Origin: Mycobacterium sp.
GTDB taxonomy: Bacteria > Actinomycetota > Actinomycetes > Mycobacteriales > Mycobacteriaceae
NCBI RefSeq assembly: GCF_035499775.1
Contig: NZ_DATJYB010000222.1
Span: forward strand, 9,502 to 73,501
Length of the DNA: 64,000 nt
Reading direction: 5' to 3'
A program made the position numbers and the translations under genes. This document shows positions 1 to 9,671 of the stretch, in pieces; the stretch's first letter is position 1, and each line of letters begins with the position of its first letter. Under the pieces are notes generated by a model, which saw only the letters and a program-made list of their open reading frames with translations, had not been told where the DNA came from and made no database searches.

Positions 1-207
1 GGCAAACCCCGACGCATTCGCGAGTCGCATGGATTAATGATTCAGTGAATAGCCGTGGTGATCGGCAGTCGTGGCGACTGTGGGCAGTAGGCTCGACGGG
101 CAAACGTAGGGGAGCTGAGGATGTCAGAAATTATCGTCCCGAACTTCTGTGCACAAATTTCCGGCGGCGTGCCACGCGCGGGCGTCGAGTGAGGCCATGA
201 TATTGCC

Positions 208-2163
208 ATGCTGACCACGACGTATGCCGGGCTCACCGACCTCGGGCGCCAGAGGTCCCGTAACGACGACCGGTGGGGCGCAGACCCGGCGCAGGGCCTC
301 TACATAGTTGCCGACGGGGTGGGCAGCACCACCCATGGAGACATGGCCGCTGAACTGTGCGTCCAGTTGTTGCCGACGTACGTGGGCCGCCACTTCGCCG
401 GGGCCGACTTCCGTGACGGGGAGGTGGCAGCGCGGTTTGGCCGCGCCGTGGTGGAGATGTGCACCGACCTGCACGCGCGCAGCCAGACCGACTCTCAACT
501 CGCCGGCGCCGGCACCACCCTGGTGACCGTCATAATCAACGACGAGCTCGCGGTGATCGCTCATCTCGGTGACAGTCGTGCCTACCTGTACCGAAACCAG
601 CAGATGCAGCGGCTGACCAGCGATCACACTCTCGTGCAGGCGGTAGTGGATGCCGGCGAACTGACCGAAGAGGAGGCCGCACACCACCCGAAACGGTCGA
701 TAGTTACCCGGCAGGTGCTGATGACCCCGCCTGCGAAGCCCGATGTGAGTGTGCAGGAACTGCAGCCCGGTGACCGAATCCTGCTGTGCAGCGACGGTTT
801 ACACGGAGTCGTCGATGACGCGACGCTGGCCGCCATCCTCACCGAACACCCGGATGCGGCCGACGCATGCCAGGCGTTGATCGCGGCCGCCAACCAAGGC
901 GGGGGACCCGACAACATCACCACCGTGGTGATCGATGCCGACGGAGCAGGCGTATCCGCGCCCACGCCCACCGTCCAACCGACAGTGGCCGCCCAGACGG
1001 CGACGATGCCCGCGCCCGTACCCCAACCGAGCGCACCCGCGGCCCCACCGATCCCCGTACCGCCGCCGCCGCCGCAGCAGCAGGCCGTTCCACCCGCGCC
1101 ACCCGCTGGTCACGTTCCTCCCCGGATGGGGCCACCGCCGCCGCAGCCGCCGCAACCGCCAAGCCGACGCCGTGGACTGAAATGGGCCCTGGTCGGCTTG
1201 GTCGTCGTGTTACTGGCCGGCGCCGGCGTCGGCTACCTGCTGTGGGGGCACCAGCCGGCCTCACAACCGCGGGCTACGCAGACCGGGAAGCCGTCGGCCC
1301 AAGCGCCGGCGCCCGCGACGTCAACTCTGCAGTCGCTGCAGCCCGATCCCGCGTTGGGCCGTCAAATTACGCTGCCGTTCGGGGATCTCAAAAACGTCAA
1401 AGCCGTAGCGGTGGATGGCGCGGGCACTGTGTACGTCCTTGCCGTCAAAGGCGACAAAACGGTGGTGTTGAAGCTGATAAAGGGACAATCCGAAGCTGTC
1501 GACATGCAATTCGGCTATCTGACGGATGCTTACGGCATTGCGGTGGACCAGTCCGGGAAGAACGTCTACGTCACCGACCGCGCCAACAATGGTCGGCTGA
1601 TGAGGTGGACGGAAGGGTCGACCGAAGCGGGCGAGCTGCCCCTCCGGATGCAGAACGAGGGCAAGCTGAAGACGCCATACGGTGTAGCGGTCGCCGCCAG
1701 CGGCGTTGTCTACGTCGTCGACACCGAGGGCAACCAGGTGGTAAAGGTTCAGCCCGACGCCTCCGGAGATTCCCCGAACGCGACCGCGCTCCACTTCACC
1801 GGCCTCCATGACCCCGTCGGGGTCGCGGTGAACAGCAACGGAGATGTCTACGTCGTCGACCACAGCAAGAACGTCTACGGCAAGAACCGGTTGGTGAAGC
1901 TGCCGGCGGGCTCGGACAAGCAGGTGGATGTGCCTGCTACCGACCTCGATGAACTCACCGGGGTGGCGGTCAACGGCGACGACGTCTACATCACCGACCG
2001 TCATGACCATCAGGTGTTGAAGGTGTCGGCCGGCTCAACCACCCCGACGATCCTGCCGTTCACGGGGGTCGGCAGGCCCTCTGGTGTGGCCATAGACAGC
2101 AGCGGCAACGTCTACGTCACCGATGACGAGACCCGCAAGGTCCTGGAACTGCCGGCCGGCTAG
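208..2163 (+). CDS. Membrane-anchored PP2C (PPM) Ser/Thr phosphatase with a C-terminal NHL-repeat beta-propeller ectodomain
   Basis: The 651-aa ORF has N-terminal PP2C motifs (GLTDLGRQRSRNDDRW, YIVADGVGS, LCSDGL, GGPDNITTVVI). These are followed by a Pro-rich linker, one TM helix (WALVGLVVVLLAGAGVGYLLW) and about six repeats of the type xVYVxDxxxxxVxKL, as in the PknD sensor. Confidence 0.8.
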   Translation: MLTTTYAGLTDLGRQRSRNDDRWGADPAQGLYIVADGVGSTTHGDMAAELCVQLLPTYVGRHFAGADFRDGEVAARFGRAVVEMCTDLHARSQTDSQLAGAGTTLVTVIINDELAVIAHLGDSRAYLYRNQQMQRLTSDHTLVQAVVDAGELTEEEAAHHPKRSIVTRQVLMTPPAKPDVSVQELQPGDRILLCSDGLHGVVDDATLAAILTEHPDAADACQALIAAANQGGGPDNITTVVIDADGAGVSAPTPTVQPTVAAQTATMPAPVPQPSAPAAPPIPVPPPPPQQQAVPPAPPAGHVPPRMGPPPPQPPQPPSRRRGLKWALVGLVVVLLAGAGVGYLLWGHQPASQPRATQTGKPSAQAPAPATSTLQSLQPDPALGRQITLPFGDLKNVKAVAVDGAGTVYVLAVKGDKTVVLKLIKGQSEAVDMQFGYLTDAYGIAVDQSGKNVYVTDRANNGRLMRWTEGSTEAGELPLRMQNEGKLKTPYGVAVAASGVVYVVDTEGNQVVKVQPDASGDSPNATALHFTGLHDPVGVAVNSNGDVYVVDHSKNVYGKNRLVKLPAGSDKQVDVPATDLDELTGVAVNGDDVYITDRHDHQVLKVSAGSTTPTILPFTGVGRPSGVAIDSSGNVYVTDDETRKVLELPAG

Positions 2164-2205
2164 CGCATCGCACGGGTTGCTGCCGGCCCGCTGTACGATC
2201 GCGCG

Positions 2206-2859
2206 ATGGCGCATCGGGGGCGCAGCTGGGTGGCGGTCGCTTCGGCCATTGCCGTCATGTCGGCGGGCGGCTGCGTCAAAACGACCACAGGCCAAGCGGT
2301 TCGGGCTTCCGGCCAGGCGTCGCACGCGCTCCCGGCGCGCGATCTGCTGTTGCAGGACGGGGAGAACACTCCGCTCGGTCGGGCGACCGCGGCACCGGTG
2401 GGCAATAACTACTTCACCAGCGCCCGCCCGTCCGAATGCTCGGCGGCGATGCTGTTCGAGGGTTCGCCGCTTCGGCCCGCCGGGTCCAAGGATCACGCCG
2501 AGTCGTCCTACAAATTCGACAGCCAGGCGCTGTACGCCGAATCGATCGACGTCTACGACAACCCCCTGAACACTCACGATGTGATCCGGAATGGCTTCAC
2601 TGCGGTGTCCAACTGCCATGGCGACGCCGTCCCCATATCCCCCAGCGGCGAGTTTCCCACGATGCGACTTAGCCGCTTCGCCACGCCGTCAGAGGGCGTC
2701 CTGGTGTGGAAAATGACCCGTCCGGATTGGAACTGTGACTACGGGCTGGCCGTGATCCCGCAGGTAGCCCTGGTGATGGCGGTTTGCGACTTCAAGCCCG
2801 GATTCCCGATGGCGGACTGGGCGGCGAAAAGAAGGGCGCAGCTAGAGAGCCGGGCGTGA
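2206..2859 (+). CDS. Putative secreted/lipoprotein with a PknH_C-like sensor domain
   Basis: The 217-aa ORF has a signal peptide with a lipobox-like AVMSAGGC. Four spaced Cys (SECSAA, SNCHGD, WNCDYG, AVCDF) and an LLLQDGE segment resemble the PknH extracellular / LppH family. This is recognition by eye only. Confidence 0.55.
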   Translation: MAHRGRSWVAVASAIAVMSAGGCVKTTTGQAVRASGQASHALPARDLLLQDGENTPLGRATAAPVGNNYFTSARPSECSAAMLFEGSPLRPAGSKDHAESSYKFDSQALYAESIDVYDNPLNTHDVIRNGFTAVSNCHGDAVPISPSGEFPTMRLSRFATPSEGVLVWKMTRPDWNCDYGLAVIPQVALVMAVCDFKPGFPMADWAAKRRAQLESRA

Positions 2860-2943
2860 TCGCGCTGCGCGCCGGGCGAATACGACGCGCCGAGCCTTCG
2901 CCACACTTATCGTGTTGCTGGACCGCTGTTGCTTGGGAGGCTG

Positions 2944-4737
2944 ATGTTGGAGGGTACGGCGTTCGGACGCTATCGGCTGATCGAGTTGCTGGGCCGCGGC
3001 GGTATGGGCGAGGTGTGGCGGGCCCACGACACCGCCACCGACCGGACGGTCGCCATCAAGCTGTTGCCGGCGCATTTCTCCGACGACGAGGACTTTCAGC
3101 GGCGATTCCGCCGCGAGGCACAAGCCGCGGCACGGCTGAACACCCCGCATGTGGTCCCGATCCACGACTACGGCGAGATCGACGGCCGTTTGTATGTGAA
3201 TATGCGGTTGATCGAGGGTCGCGACCTGCAAACCGTGCTCACCGATGGCCCGATGGATCCGGCTCGCGCGGTGCACATCGTCGGCGGGGTGGCCAAGGCA
3301 TTGCATGCGGCCCACGAGGTCGGTCTGTTGCACCGGGACGTCAAACCCTCCAACATCCTGCTGGACCGCGACGACTTCGCCTACCTGATTGATTTCGGGA
3401 TCGCCCGCGCCCTGGACGAAACGCGAATGACCAAGTCGGGCAATACGATCGGCACCTTCCAATACATCGCGCCCGAGCGTCTGGGCGGCAAGGAGGACGC
3501 CCGCGCCGACATCTACTCGTTGGCCTGCGTCCTATACGAATGCCTCACCGGGACCCCGCCGTTCGGGCAACTCACGATGGCCGAGCTGGTCGTCGCACAC
3601 CTCCAATCCGCACCGCCCCAACCGTCAGCCACCCGACCGGAGGTGCCCGAGCAGATCGACCAGGTGATCGCCAGTGGCATGGCCAAGGACCCCGATCAGC
3701 GGTACGCCACCACCATCGAATTCGCCACCGCCGCCCGCGACGCGATCACGGTGCCAATTCCGACGCCTAAGCCGGCACCTGCGCCGGCACCTGCGCCGCA
3801 ACCGGTCCCCCAGCAGGCCTCGGTGCCCGTCCTACCACCGACGACCCCGGTCCAGCGTCCGGCGCCGCCGATCCCAGTTGATGCGGGTCATCCCGCGCCG
3901 CCCGTCCCGCGGCATCCACCCGTCGAAATGCCGCCGCACCGGCCGGACACGCACGTTGCGCGGCCTTCGCAGCCCTCGACGCGGCGCAAAGGCGTGCTGA
4001 TCGCGGCCGCTTTGGCCGTCGCGGTCGTTGCGGCGCTTGTGGTCTTTGGCCTGACGAACATCGGGAACCATCCGGCCCCCCAAACCGGCGAAACCAGCCA
4101 GACCAGCCAAACCGGTCAGACCGGCCAAAACGCGTTGCCGGACCCCGCCACCCTGCTGGCGCAATCCGTGGTCACCACCCGAGTGCTCAAGAGCGCACAT
4201 GTCGTTCAAGCCGTTGCCGGCAAGATCGAGGGGCTCCCCGTCAAGGCGCTGAATGCTGACGTCACGACGAGCCCCACGGCCGCGGCAACGGGACAGTGGA
4301 CGCTTACCTTCGCCGGATCGGATATCAACGCCAACTTTGTGGTTGTGGACGGGGAGCTCTACACCGATGCCTTGGCTGCGGGTCAATGGAGCGATATGGG
4401 TAAGGCCTCGGACGTCTGGGATCCGACGGTGATCTTGAACCCGGACGTCGGCCTGGCCAAGATACTGTCAGGCTTCAGCAGCCCGAAAGCCGTTGGCCGC
4501 GAAACGATCAACGGCTTCGCGACGGTCAAGATCACCGGTCAGGTCAGCGGCGACGCCGTCATCGCGATGCTCCCGAAGGCCGCGGTGAGCGGACCCGTTC
4601 CGGCCACCGCATGGATCCGGGAGGACGGCGACCACGAGTTGGTCCGGCTGACGCTGGAACCCAGCCCCGGCAACAGCCTCCAGCTCACGCTGTACAACTG
4701 GAATGCGCCCGTCACCGTAACCAAGCCGCCCGTCTGA
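2944..4737 (+). CDS. Transmembrane Ser/Thr protein kinase with an LppX/LprAFG-like C-terminal ectodomain
   Basis: Hanks kinase motifs are present: GRGGMGEVW, VAIK, HRDVKPSNIL, DFGIA and APE. A Pro-rich linker and a TM helix (VLIAAALAVAVVAALVVFGL) follow. The roughly 210-aa ectodomain ends in LQLTLYNWNAPVTVTKPPV, which is reminiscent of LprG/LppX. ATG 2944 is preceded by GGGAGG; an alternative TTG start is at 2929. Confidence 0.85.
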   Translation: MLEGTAFGRYRLIELLGRGGMGEVWRAHDTATDRTVAIKLLPAHFSDDEDFQRRFRREAQAAARLNTPHVVPIHDYGEIDGRLYVNMRLIEGRDLQTVLTDGPMDPARAVHIVGGVAKALHAAHEVGLLHRDVKPSNILLDRDDFAYLIDFGIARALDETRMTKSGNTIGTFQYIAPERLGGKEDARADIYSLACVLYECLTGTPPFGQLTMAELVVAHLQSAPPQPSATRPEVPEQIDQVIASGMAKDPDQRYATTIEFATAARDAITVPIPTPKPAPAPAPAPQPVPQQASVPVLPPTTPVQRPAPPIPVDAGHPAPPVPRHPPVEMPPHRPDTHVARPSQPSTRRKGVLIAAALAVAVVAALVVFGLTNIGNHPAPQTGETSQTSQTGQTGQNALPDPATLLAQSVVTTRVLKSAHVVQAVAGKIEGLPVKALNADVTTSPTAAATGQWTLTFAGSDINANFVVVDGELYTDALAAGQWSDMGKASDVWDPTVILNPDVGLAKILSGFSSPKAVGRETINGFATVKITGQVSGDAVIAMLPKAAVSGPVPATAWIREDGDHELVRLTLEPSPGNSLQLTLYNWNAPVTVTKPPV

Positions 4738-4743
4738 GGGCGA

Positions 4744-5286
4744 CTAGAACCACCCAGAAGCGTCGTCATCCTGGAAACCCCGCCAGAAGCGCACAAAGTG
4801 TTGGAACCATTTGGGGCGCCGGCTCAACCACGGGTCGAACCAATAATCCGAGGCAAACTTCACTATCCCCAGGGCAGTGAGCAGTCCGGCGACCAGACCG
4901 TAGCCGGCAAAGCTCAGTCCCGAGACCGCGGTGTAAGCCTTGTCGCCCAGCACCCGAACATTCAGTGGTGAGTCATGGCTAGAGCGATGCAGCTGTAATC
5001 CCTGCACCTTTCCGGTGTGTGGCTGTCCGCCAACGCTCCACGTGCCCACGCACTCGTAGCCCACCGGCTGGGTACGGCAGTAATTGATCGTTGCCGTCGT
5101 CGATGTGCCGACAAGGTACGCGTAGTAGTCGTAAGCGCCGATGCCGAAGAATCCGAGTGACACTGCCACGCCGGCGATCGCGAACAGCCTTGCCGCCAGA
5201 CGCCGCAAACCGGCCAGGGTGCCGGTGGGGCGGGTGGCAGCCTGGGGCACGCCGCCGACGGGTTCCTCGGGATCGCCGCGATCCAT
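4744..5286 (-). CDS. Hypothetical membrane protein (two TM helices flanking a small Cys-containing loop domain)
   Basis: The 180-aa ORF has TM segments LFAIAGVAVSLGFFGIGAY and GLSFAGYGLVAGLLTALGIV. No competing sense ORF covers this stretch. It is convergent with the kinase gene. Confidence 0.5.
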   Translation of the reverse strand: MDRGDPEEPVGGVPQAATRPTGTLAGLRRLAARLFAIAGVAVSLGFFGIGAYDYYAYLVGTSTTATINYCRTQPVGYECVGTWSVGGQPHTGKVQGLQLHRSSHDSPLNVRVLGDKAYTAVSGLSFAGYGLVAGLLTALGIVKFASDYWFDPWLSRRPKWFQHFVRFWRGFQDDDASGWF

Positions 5287-5325
5287 GAGGAAATCTTGCC
5301 AGGGGGGAGGGCGCCGCGCTGCCGG

Positions 5326-5607
5326 TTACCGGGCGTCCTGATGGGGCTGGCGTTCCGAGGGGACCTCGTCTTTCGAAAGGACGATGGGTAACCCCGTTTC
5401 CGTCAGTTTGTACTCGTCTGATCTCATGACGTACTCGACATGCTGGGGTTGGTACCTGCTCATCTCTGGACCCGGCAGCCCTACCAAGAATCGGTTGCTG
5501 ACTGACTCGGATGGATTGCGGAGTCCCCGCAACTGTGAGAGCGCGAGCCCAAAGGACGCAGCCGTGCCTGCGATGCCCACGCACGCCTCGATGGCTCCGT
5601 TCATCAT
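5326..5607 (-). CDS. Hypothetical small protein (weak call)
   Basis: The 93-aa ORF lies in a visibly lower-GC stretch upstream of uvrC. It has a hydrophobic N-terminus (GAIEACVGIAGTAASFGLAL). I recognise no family. Confidence 0.25.
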   Translation of the reverse strand: MMNGAIEACVGIAGTAASFGLALSQLRGLRNPSESVSNRFLVGLPGPEMSRYQPQHVEYVMRSDEYKLTETGLPIVLSKDEVPSERQPHQDAR

Positions 5608-5749
5608 TACCGCCTAAGGAAAGGTTGAGTTGATGGCAAGAGCTTGAACGGGCGAGCTTCAGGGATTCTCCAGAAATCTTTGAAACGCGCAGTAGTCCGA
5701 GGACGCCCGCCTTTTCAGGTGCCCGTTGAGCGACCACTAGCCTGGATAC

Positions 5750-7693
5750 GTGCCAGATCCCGCAACGTATCGCCCGCCGCCCGGGTCCATCCCGGTCGAG
5801 CCGGGCGTGTACCGGTTCCGGGACTCGCACGGGCGCGTCATCTACGTCGGGAAGGCCAAGAGCCTGCGCAGCCGGCTCACGTCGTACTTCGCCGACGTCG
5901 CGAGCCTGCAACCCCGGACTAGGCAGATGGTGACCACCGCGGCCAAGGTCGAGTGGACGGTGGTCAACACCGAAGTCGAGGCCCTGCAGCTGGAATACAA
6001 CTGGATCAAGGAGTTCGATCCACGCTTCAACATCCGTTACCGGGACGACAAGTCCTACCCGGTGCTGGCCGTCACGCTCAACGAGGAATTTCCGCGGCTG
6101 ATGGTCTATCGTGGCCCGCGGCGCAAGGGCGTGCGCTACTTCGGGCCGTACTCGCATGCGTGGGCGATCCGGGAAACGCTTGATCTGCTCACCCGGGTGT
6201 TTCCGGCGCGAACCTGTTCGGCGGGAGTGTTCAAGCGGCACAAGCAGATCGACCGCCCCTGCCTGCTCGGGTACATCGACAAATGCTCGGCGCCGTGTGT
6301 CGGCCGGGTCAGCGCCGAGCAGCATCGCCAGATCGTCATAGATTTCTGCGACTTCCTGTCCGGCAAGACCGACCGGTTTGCCCGCGAGCTGGAACAGCAG
6401 ATGCAAGCCGCGTCGAACGAACTCGATTTCGAACGGGCCGCGCGCCTCCGTGACGACCTTGGCGCGCTCAAGCGGGCCATGGAGAAGCAGGCGGTGGTGC
6501 TCGGCGACGGCACCGACGCCGACGTCGTGGCTTTCGCCGACGACGACCTGGAAGCGGCGGTGCAGGTGTTCCACGTGCGTGGCGGGCGGGTACGCGGTCA
6601 GCGCGGCTGGATCGTCGAAAAGCCCGGAGACCCAGGTCGTTCCGGCGAGGAGCAGTTGGTCGAGCAGTTCTTGACGCAGTTCTACGGCGATCAGGCCGAG
6701 CTGGGAGACTCGGCCGACGAATCCGCCAACCCGGTTCCCCGTGAGGTGCTGGTGCCGTGCCTGCCGTCCAACGCCGAAGAGTTGGCCAGCTGGCTGTCCG
6801 GACTGCGCGGCTCCCGCGTCGCATTGAGGGTGCCGCGCCGGGGCGACAAGAAGGCGCTGGCCGAGACCGTGCAGCGCAACGCGAAAGAGGCTCTGCAGCA
6901 ACACAAGCTGAAGCGGGCTGGCGACTTCAACGCCAGATCCGCTGCGCTGCAGAATATTCAGGAGGCCCTGGGGTTGGCCAGCGCGCCGCTGCGGATCGAG
7001 TGTGTCGACGTCAGCCACGTGCAGGGCACCGACGTGGTGGGCTCGCTGGTGGTATTCGAAGACGGTCTGCCACGAAAATCGGACTATCGCCACTTCGGCA
7101 TCCGGGAGGCCGCCGGGCAGGGTCGCTCCGACGACGTCGCCTCCATCGCCGAGGTGACCCGGCGACGGTTCCTGCGCCACCTGGGTGATCAGAGCGACCC
7201 GAATCTGCTTTCTCCCGAAGGAAAATCACGCCGTTTCGCCTACCCGCCCAACCTGTTCGTCGTCGATGGCGGCGCGCCACAAGTCAATGCGGCAAGCGCC
7301 GTCCTCGACGAGCTCGGTGTCGCCGATGTCGCGGTGATAGGCCTGGCAAAGCGGCTGGAAGAGGTATGGGTGCCGGCCGAGCCGGACCCGATCATCATGC
7401 CGCGCAACAGCGAGGGGCTGTATCTGTTGCAGCGCGTGCGCGATGAGGCGCACCGATTCGCAATCACCTACCATCGCAGCAAGCGATCCAAACGTATGAC
7501 GGCGTCGGTGCTGGACTCGGTGCCCGGATTGGGAGAGCATCGTCGAAAAGCGCTGGTCACCCATTTCGGATCCATAGCCCGCCTCAAGGAGGCCACCGTC
7601 GACCAGATCACTGCCGTTCCGGGCATCGGCGTGGCCACGGCCACCGCTGTGCTCGAGGCGCTGCGTCCCGACTCGCCCGGAGCCACCGAATGA
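5750..7693 (+). CDS. uvrC: Excinuclease ABC subunit C
   Basis: The 647-aa ORF has a GIY-YIG N-terminus ([25 protein letters not shown]), a UvrBC domain and a C-terminal HhH ([18 protein letters not shown]). It starts at GTG. Confidence 0.95.
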   Translation: MPDPATYRPPPGSIPVEPGVYRFRDSHGRVIYVGKAKSLRSRLTSYFADVASLQPRTRQMVTTAAKVEWTVVNTEVEALQLEYNWIKEFDPRFNIRYRDDKSYPVLAVTLNEEFPRLMVYRGPRRKGVRYFGPYSHAWAIRETLDLLTRVFPARTCSAGVFKRHKQIDRPCLLGYIDKCSAPCVGRVSAEQHRQIVIDFCDFLSGKTDRFARELEQQMQAASNELDFERAARLRDDLGALKRAMEKQAVVLGDGTDADVVAFADDDLEAAVQVFHVRGGRVRGQRGWIVEKPGDPGRSGEEQLVEQFLTQFYGDQAELGDSADESANPVPREVLVPCLPSNAEELASWLSGLRGSRVALRVPRRGDKKALAETVQRNAKEALQQHKLKRAGDFNARSAALQNIQEALGLASAPLRIECVDVSHVQGTDVVGSLVVFEDGLPRKSDYRHFGIREAAGQGRSDDVASIAEVTRRRFLRHLGDQSDPNLLSPEGKSRRFAYPPNLFVVDGGAPQVNAASAVLDELGVADVAVIGLAKRLEEVWVPAEPDPIIMPRNSEGLYLLQRVRDEAHRFAITYHRSKRSKRMTASVLDSVPGLGEHRRKALVTHFGSIARLKEATVDQITAVPGIGVATATAVLEALRPDSPGATE

Positions 7694-8598
7694 CCAACCA
7701 CGCCGGGGACGGCCACCCGGGCCCTGCGAACGGCGGCGGTATCGACGTCGTGCTGGTGACCGGGTTGTCCGGGGCGGGGCGCGGCACCGCGGCCAAGGTA
7801 CTCGAGGATCTCGGCTGGTATGTGGCGGACAACCTGCCACCCCAGCTGATCACCCGGATGGTGGATTTCGGGCTGGCGGCCGGATCGCGGATCACCCAGC
7901 TGGCAGTGGTCATGGATGTGCGCTCGCGCGGATTCACCGGCGACCTGGATTCGGTGCGCAACGAACTGGCTACCCGAGACATCACCCCACGAGTGGTGTT
8001 CATGGAGGCATCCGACGACATGTTGGTACGGCGCTACGAGCAGAACCGCCGCAGCCATCCGCTGCAGGGCCAGCAGACGTTGGCCGAAGGCATTGCCGCC
8101 GAGCGCCGGATGCTGGCCCCGGTCCGGGCCACCGCCGACCTGATCATCGACACGTCGACACTGTCGGTGCGGGGCCTGAGGGAGAGCATCGAGCGCGCGT
8201 TCGGCGGTGATGCCGGGACGTCTACCAGCGTCACCGTCGAGTCCTTCGGCTTCAAGTACGGTCTGCCGATGGACGCCGACATGGTGATGGACGTGCGGTT
8301 TCTGCCGAACCCGCATTGGGTCGACGAGTTGCGCCCCCTGACCGGCCAGCATCCCGCCGTGCGGGACTATGTGCTCGGCCAACCCGGCGCGGCCGAGTTC
8401 CTCGACGCCTACCATCAGTTGCTGTCCTTGGTTGTCGAGGGCTACCGGCGAGAGGGGAAGCGCTACATGACGGTTGCCATCGGCTGCACCGGGGGTAAAC
8501 ATCGCAGCGTGGCGATCGCCGAAGCGTTGATGGGGCTGCTGAGCTCGGATCCGCGACTGTCGGTGCGGGTGCTGCACCGGGATCTGGGTCGCGAATGA
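7690..8598 (+). CDS. rapZ: RNase adapter / nucleotide-binding protein RapZ (Rv1421-like)
   Basis: It has a Walker A motif ([18 protein letters not shown]) and a conserved C-terminal [10 protein letters not shown]. Its start overlaps the uvrC stop by ATGA. Confidence 0.9.
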   Translation: MTNHAGDGHPGPANGGGIDVVLVTGLSGAGRGTAAKVLEDLGWYVADNLPPQLITRMVDFGLAAGSRITQLAVVMDVRSRGFTGDLDSVRNELATRDITPRVVFMEASDDMLVRRYEQNRRSHPLQGQQTLAEGIAAERRMLAPVRATADLIIDTSTLSVRGLRESIERAFGGDAGTSTSVTVESFGFKYGLPMDADMVMDVRFLPNPHWVDELRPLTGQHPAVRDYVLGQPGAAEFLDAYHQLLSLVVEGYRREGKRYMTVAIGCTGGKHRSVAIAEALMGLLSSDPRLSVRVLHRDLGRE

Positions 8599-9665
8599 GT
8601 CCACCCTCGCATCCGAGCAATCAAAGTATTGTCGCGTTGGGCGGCGGGCACGGCTTGTACGCGACGCTGTCGGCGGCCCGCCGGCTGACGCCCTATGTCA
8701 CGGCCATCGTCACCGTCGCCGACGACGGTGGCTCCTCGGGCCGGCTGCGCAGCGAACTAGACGTGGTGCCGCCGGGCGATCTGCGAATGGCGTTGGCGGC
8801 GTTGGCATCCGACAGCCCGTATGGGCGGCTGTGGGCGACGATCCTGCAGCATCGGTTCGGCGGCAGCGGCGCCCTGGCCGGACATCCCATCGGCAACCTG
8901 CTGCTGGCCGGGCTCAACGAGGTGCTGGCCGACCCGGTCGCCGCCCTCGACGAACTCGGGCGCATCCTCGGCGTCAAGGGCAGGGTGCTGCCGATGTGCC
9001 CGATCGCCCTGCAGATCGAGGCCGACGTTTCCGGCCTGGAATCCGACCCGAGGATGTTCCGGGTGATCCGCGGCCAGGTGGCGATCGCGACCACGCCGGG
9101 AAAGGTGCGGCGGGTCCGGTTGCTGCCCGCCGACCCTCCGGCGACCCGGCAGGCCGTCGACGCGATCATGGCGGCCGACTTGGTGGTGCTGGGACCCGGG
9201 TCGTGGTTCACCAGCGTGATTCCGCATGTGCTGGTGCCGGGGCTGGCCGCGGCCCTGCAGGCCACCACGGCCCGGCGGGCGCTGGTGCTCAACCTGGTCG
9301 CCGAGCCGGGCGAGACGGCCGGCTTCTCGGTGGAGCGCCATCTGCACGTGATGGCCCAGCATGCGCCCGGGTTCACCGTCCACGACATCATCATCGACGC
9401 CGAACGTGTGCCCAGCGAGCGGGAACGGGATCAACTGCGCCGCACCGCAACATTGCTGCATGCCGAGGTCCACTTCGCCGACGTGGCCAGACCTGGTACA
9501 CCTTTACATGACCCGGGCAAGCTGGCCGCGGCTCTGGACGGTGTGCGGGTGGGCGATGATGGCGCGGCCGGACCTGCGGTGACGGTTACCGACGAGATTC
9601 CGGTCGACGGTGAACGCTCGCAAAGAGCCGCGAAATGGACCGGATCGCAACGGACCGAGGGGTGA
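8595..9665 (+). CDS. yvcK: YvcK/CuvA-family gluconeogenesis factor (Rv1422-like)
   Basis: It has an N-terminal VALGGGHG motif and the 2-phospho-L-lactate-transferase-like family pattern. Its start overlaps the rapZ stop by ATGA. Confidence 0.9.
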   Translation: MSPPSHPSNQSIVALGGGHGLYATLSAARRLTPYVTAIVTVADDGGSSGRLRSELDVVPPGDLRMALAALASDSPYGRLWATILQHRFGGSGALAGHPIGNLLLAGLNEVLADPVAALDELGRILGVKGRVLPMCPIALQIEADVSGLESDPRMFRVIRGQVAIATTPGKVRRVRLLPADPPATRQAVDAIMAADLVVLGPGSWFTSVIPHVLVPGLAAALQATTARRALVLNLVAEPGETAGFSVERHLHVMAQHAPGFTVHDIIIDAERVPSERERDQLRRTATLLHAEVHFADVARPGTPLHDPGKLAAALDGVRVGDDGAAGPAVTVTDEIPVDGERSQRAAKWTGSQRTEG

Positions 9666-9671
9666 CGACGC

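Noticed and set aside
1-207. Minus-strand ORFs 42..236 and 124..687 at the window start, and a possible gene 3' end at 1..48 on the plus strand.
   Set aside because: The minus ORFs overlap the PP2C gene antisense and have no motifs. The 15-codon plus-strand fragment is too short to support any call.
4979-7180. A 733-aa minus-strand ORF that overlaps the 5' part of the 4744..5286 membrane-protein call in another frame and spans uvrC antisense.
   Set aside because: It is antisense to the clearly recognisable uvrC. The translation is Arg/Gly/Pro/Ala-rich with no motifs, as expected for stop-free antisense frames in high-GC DNA.
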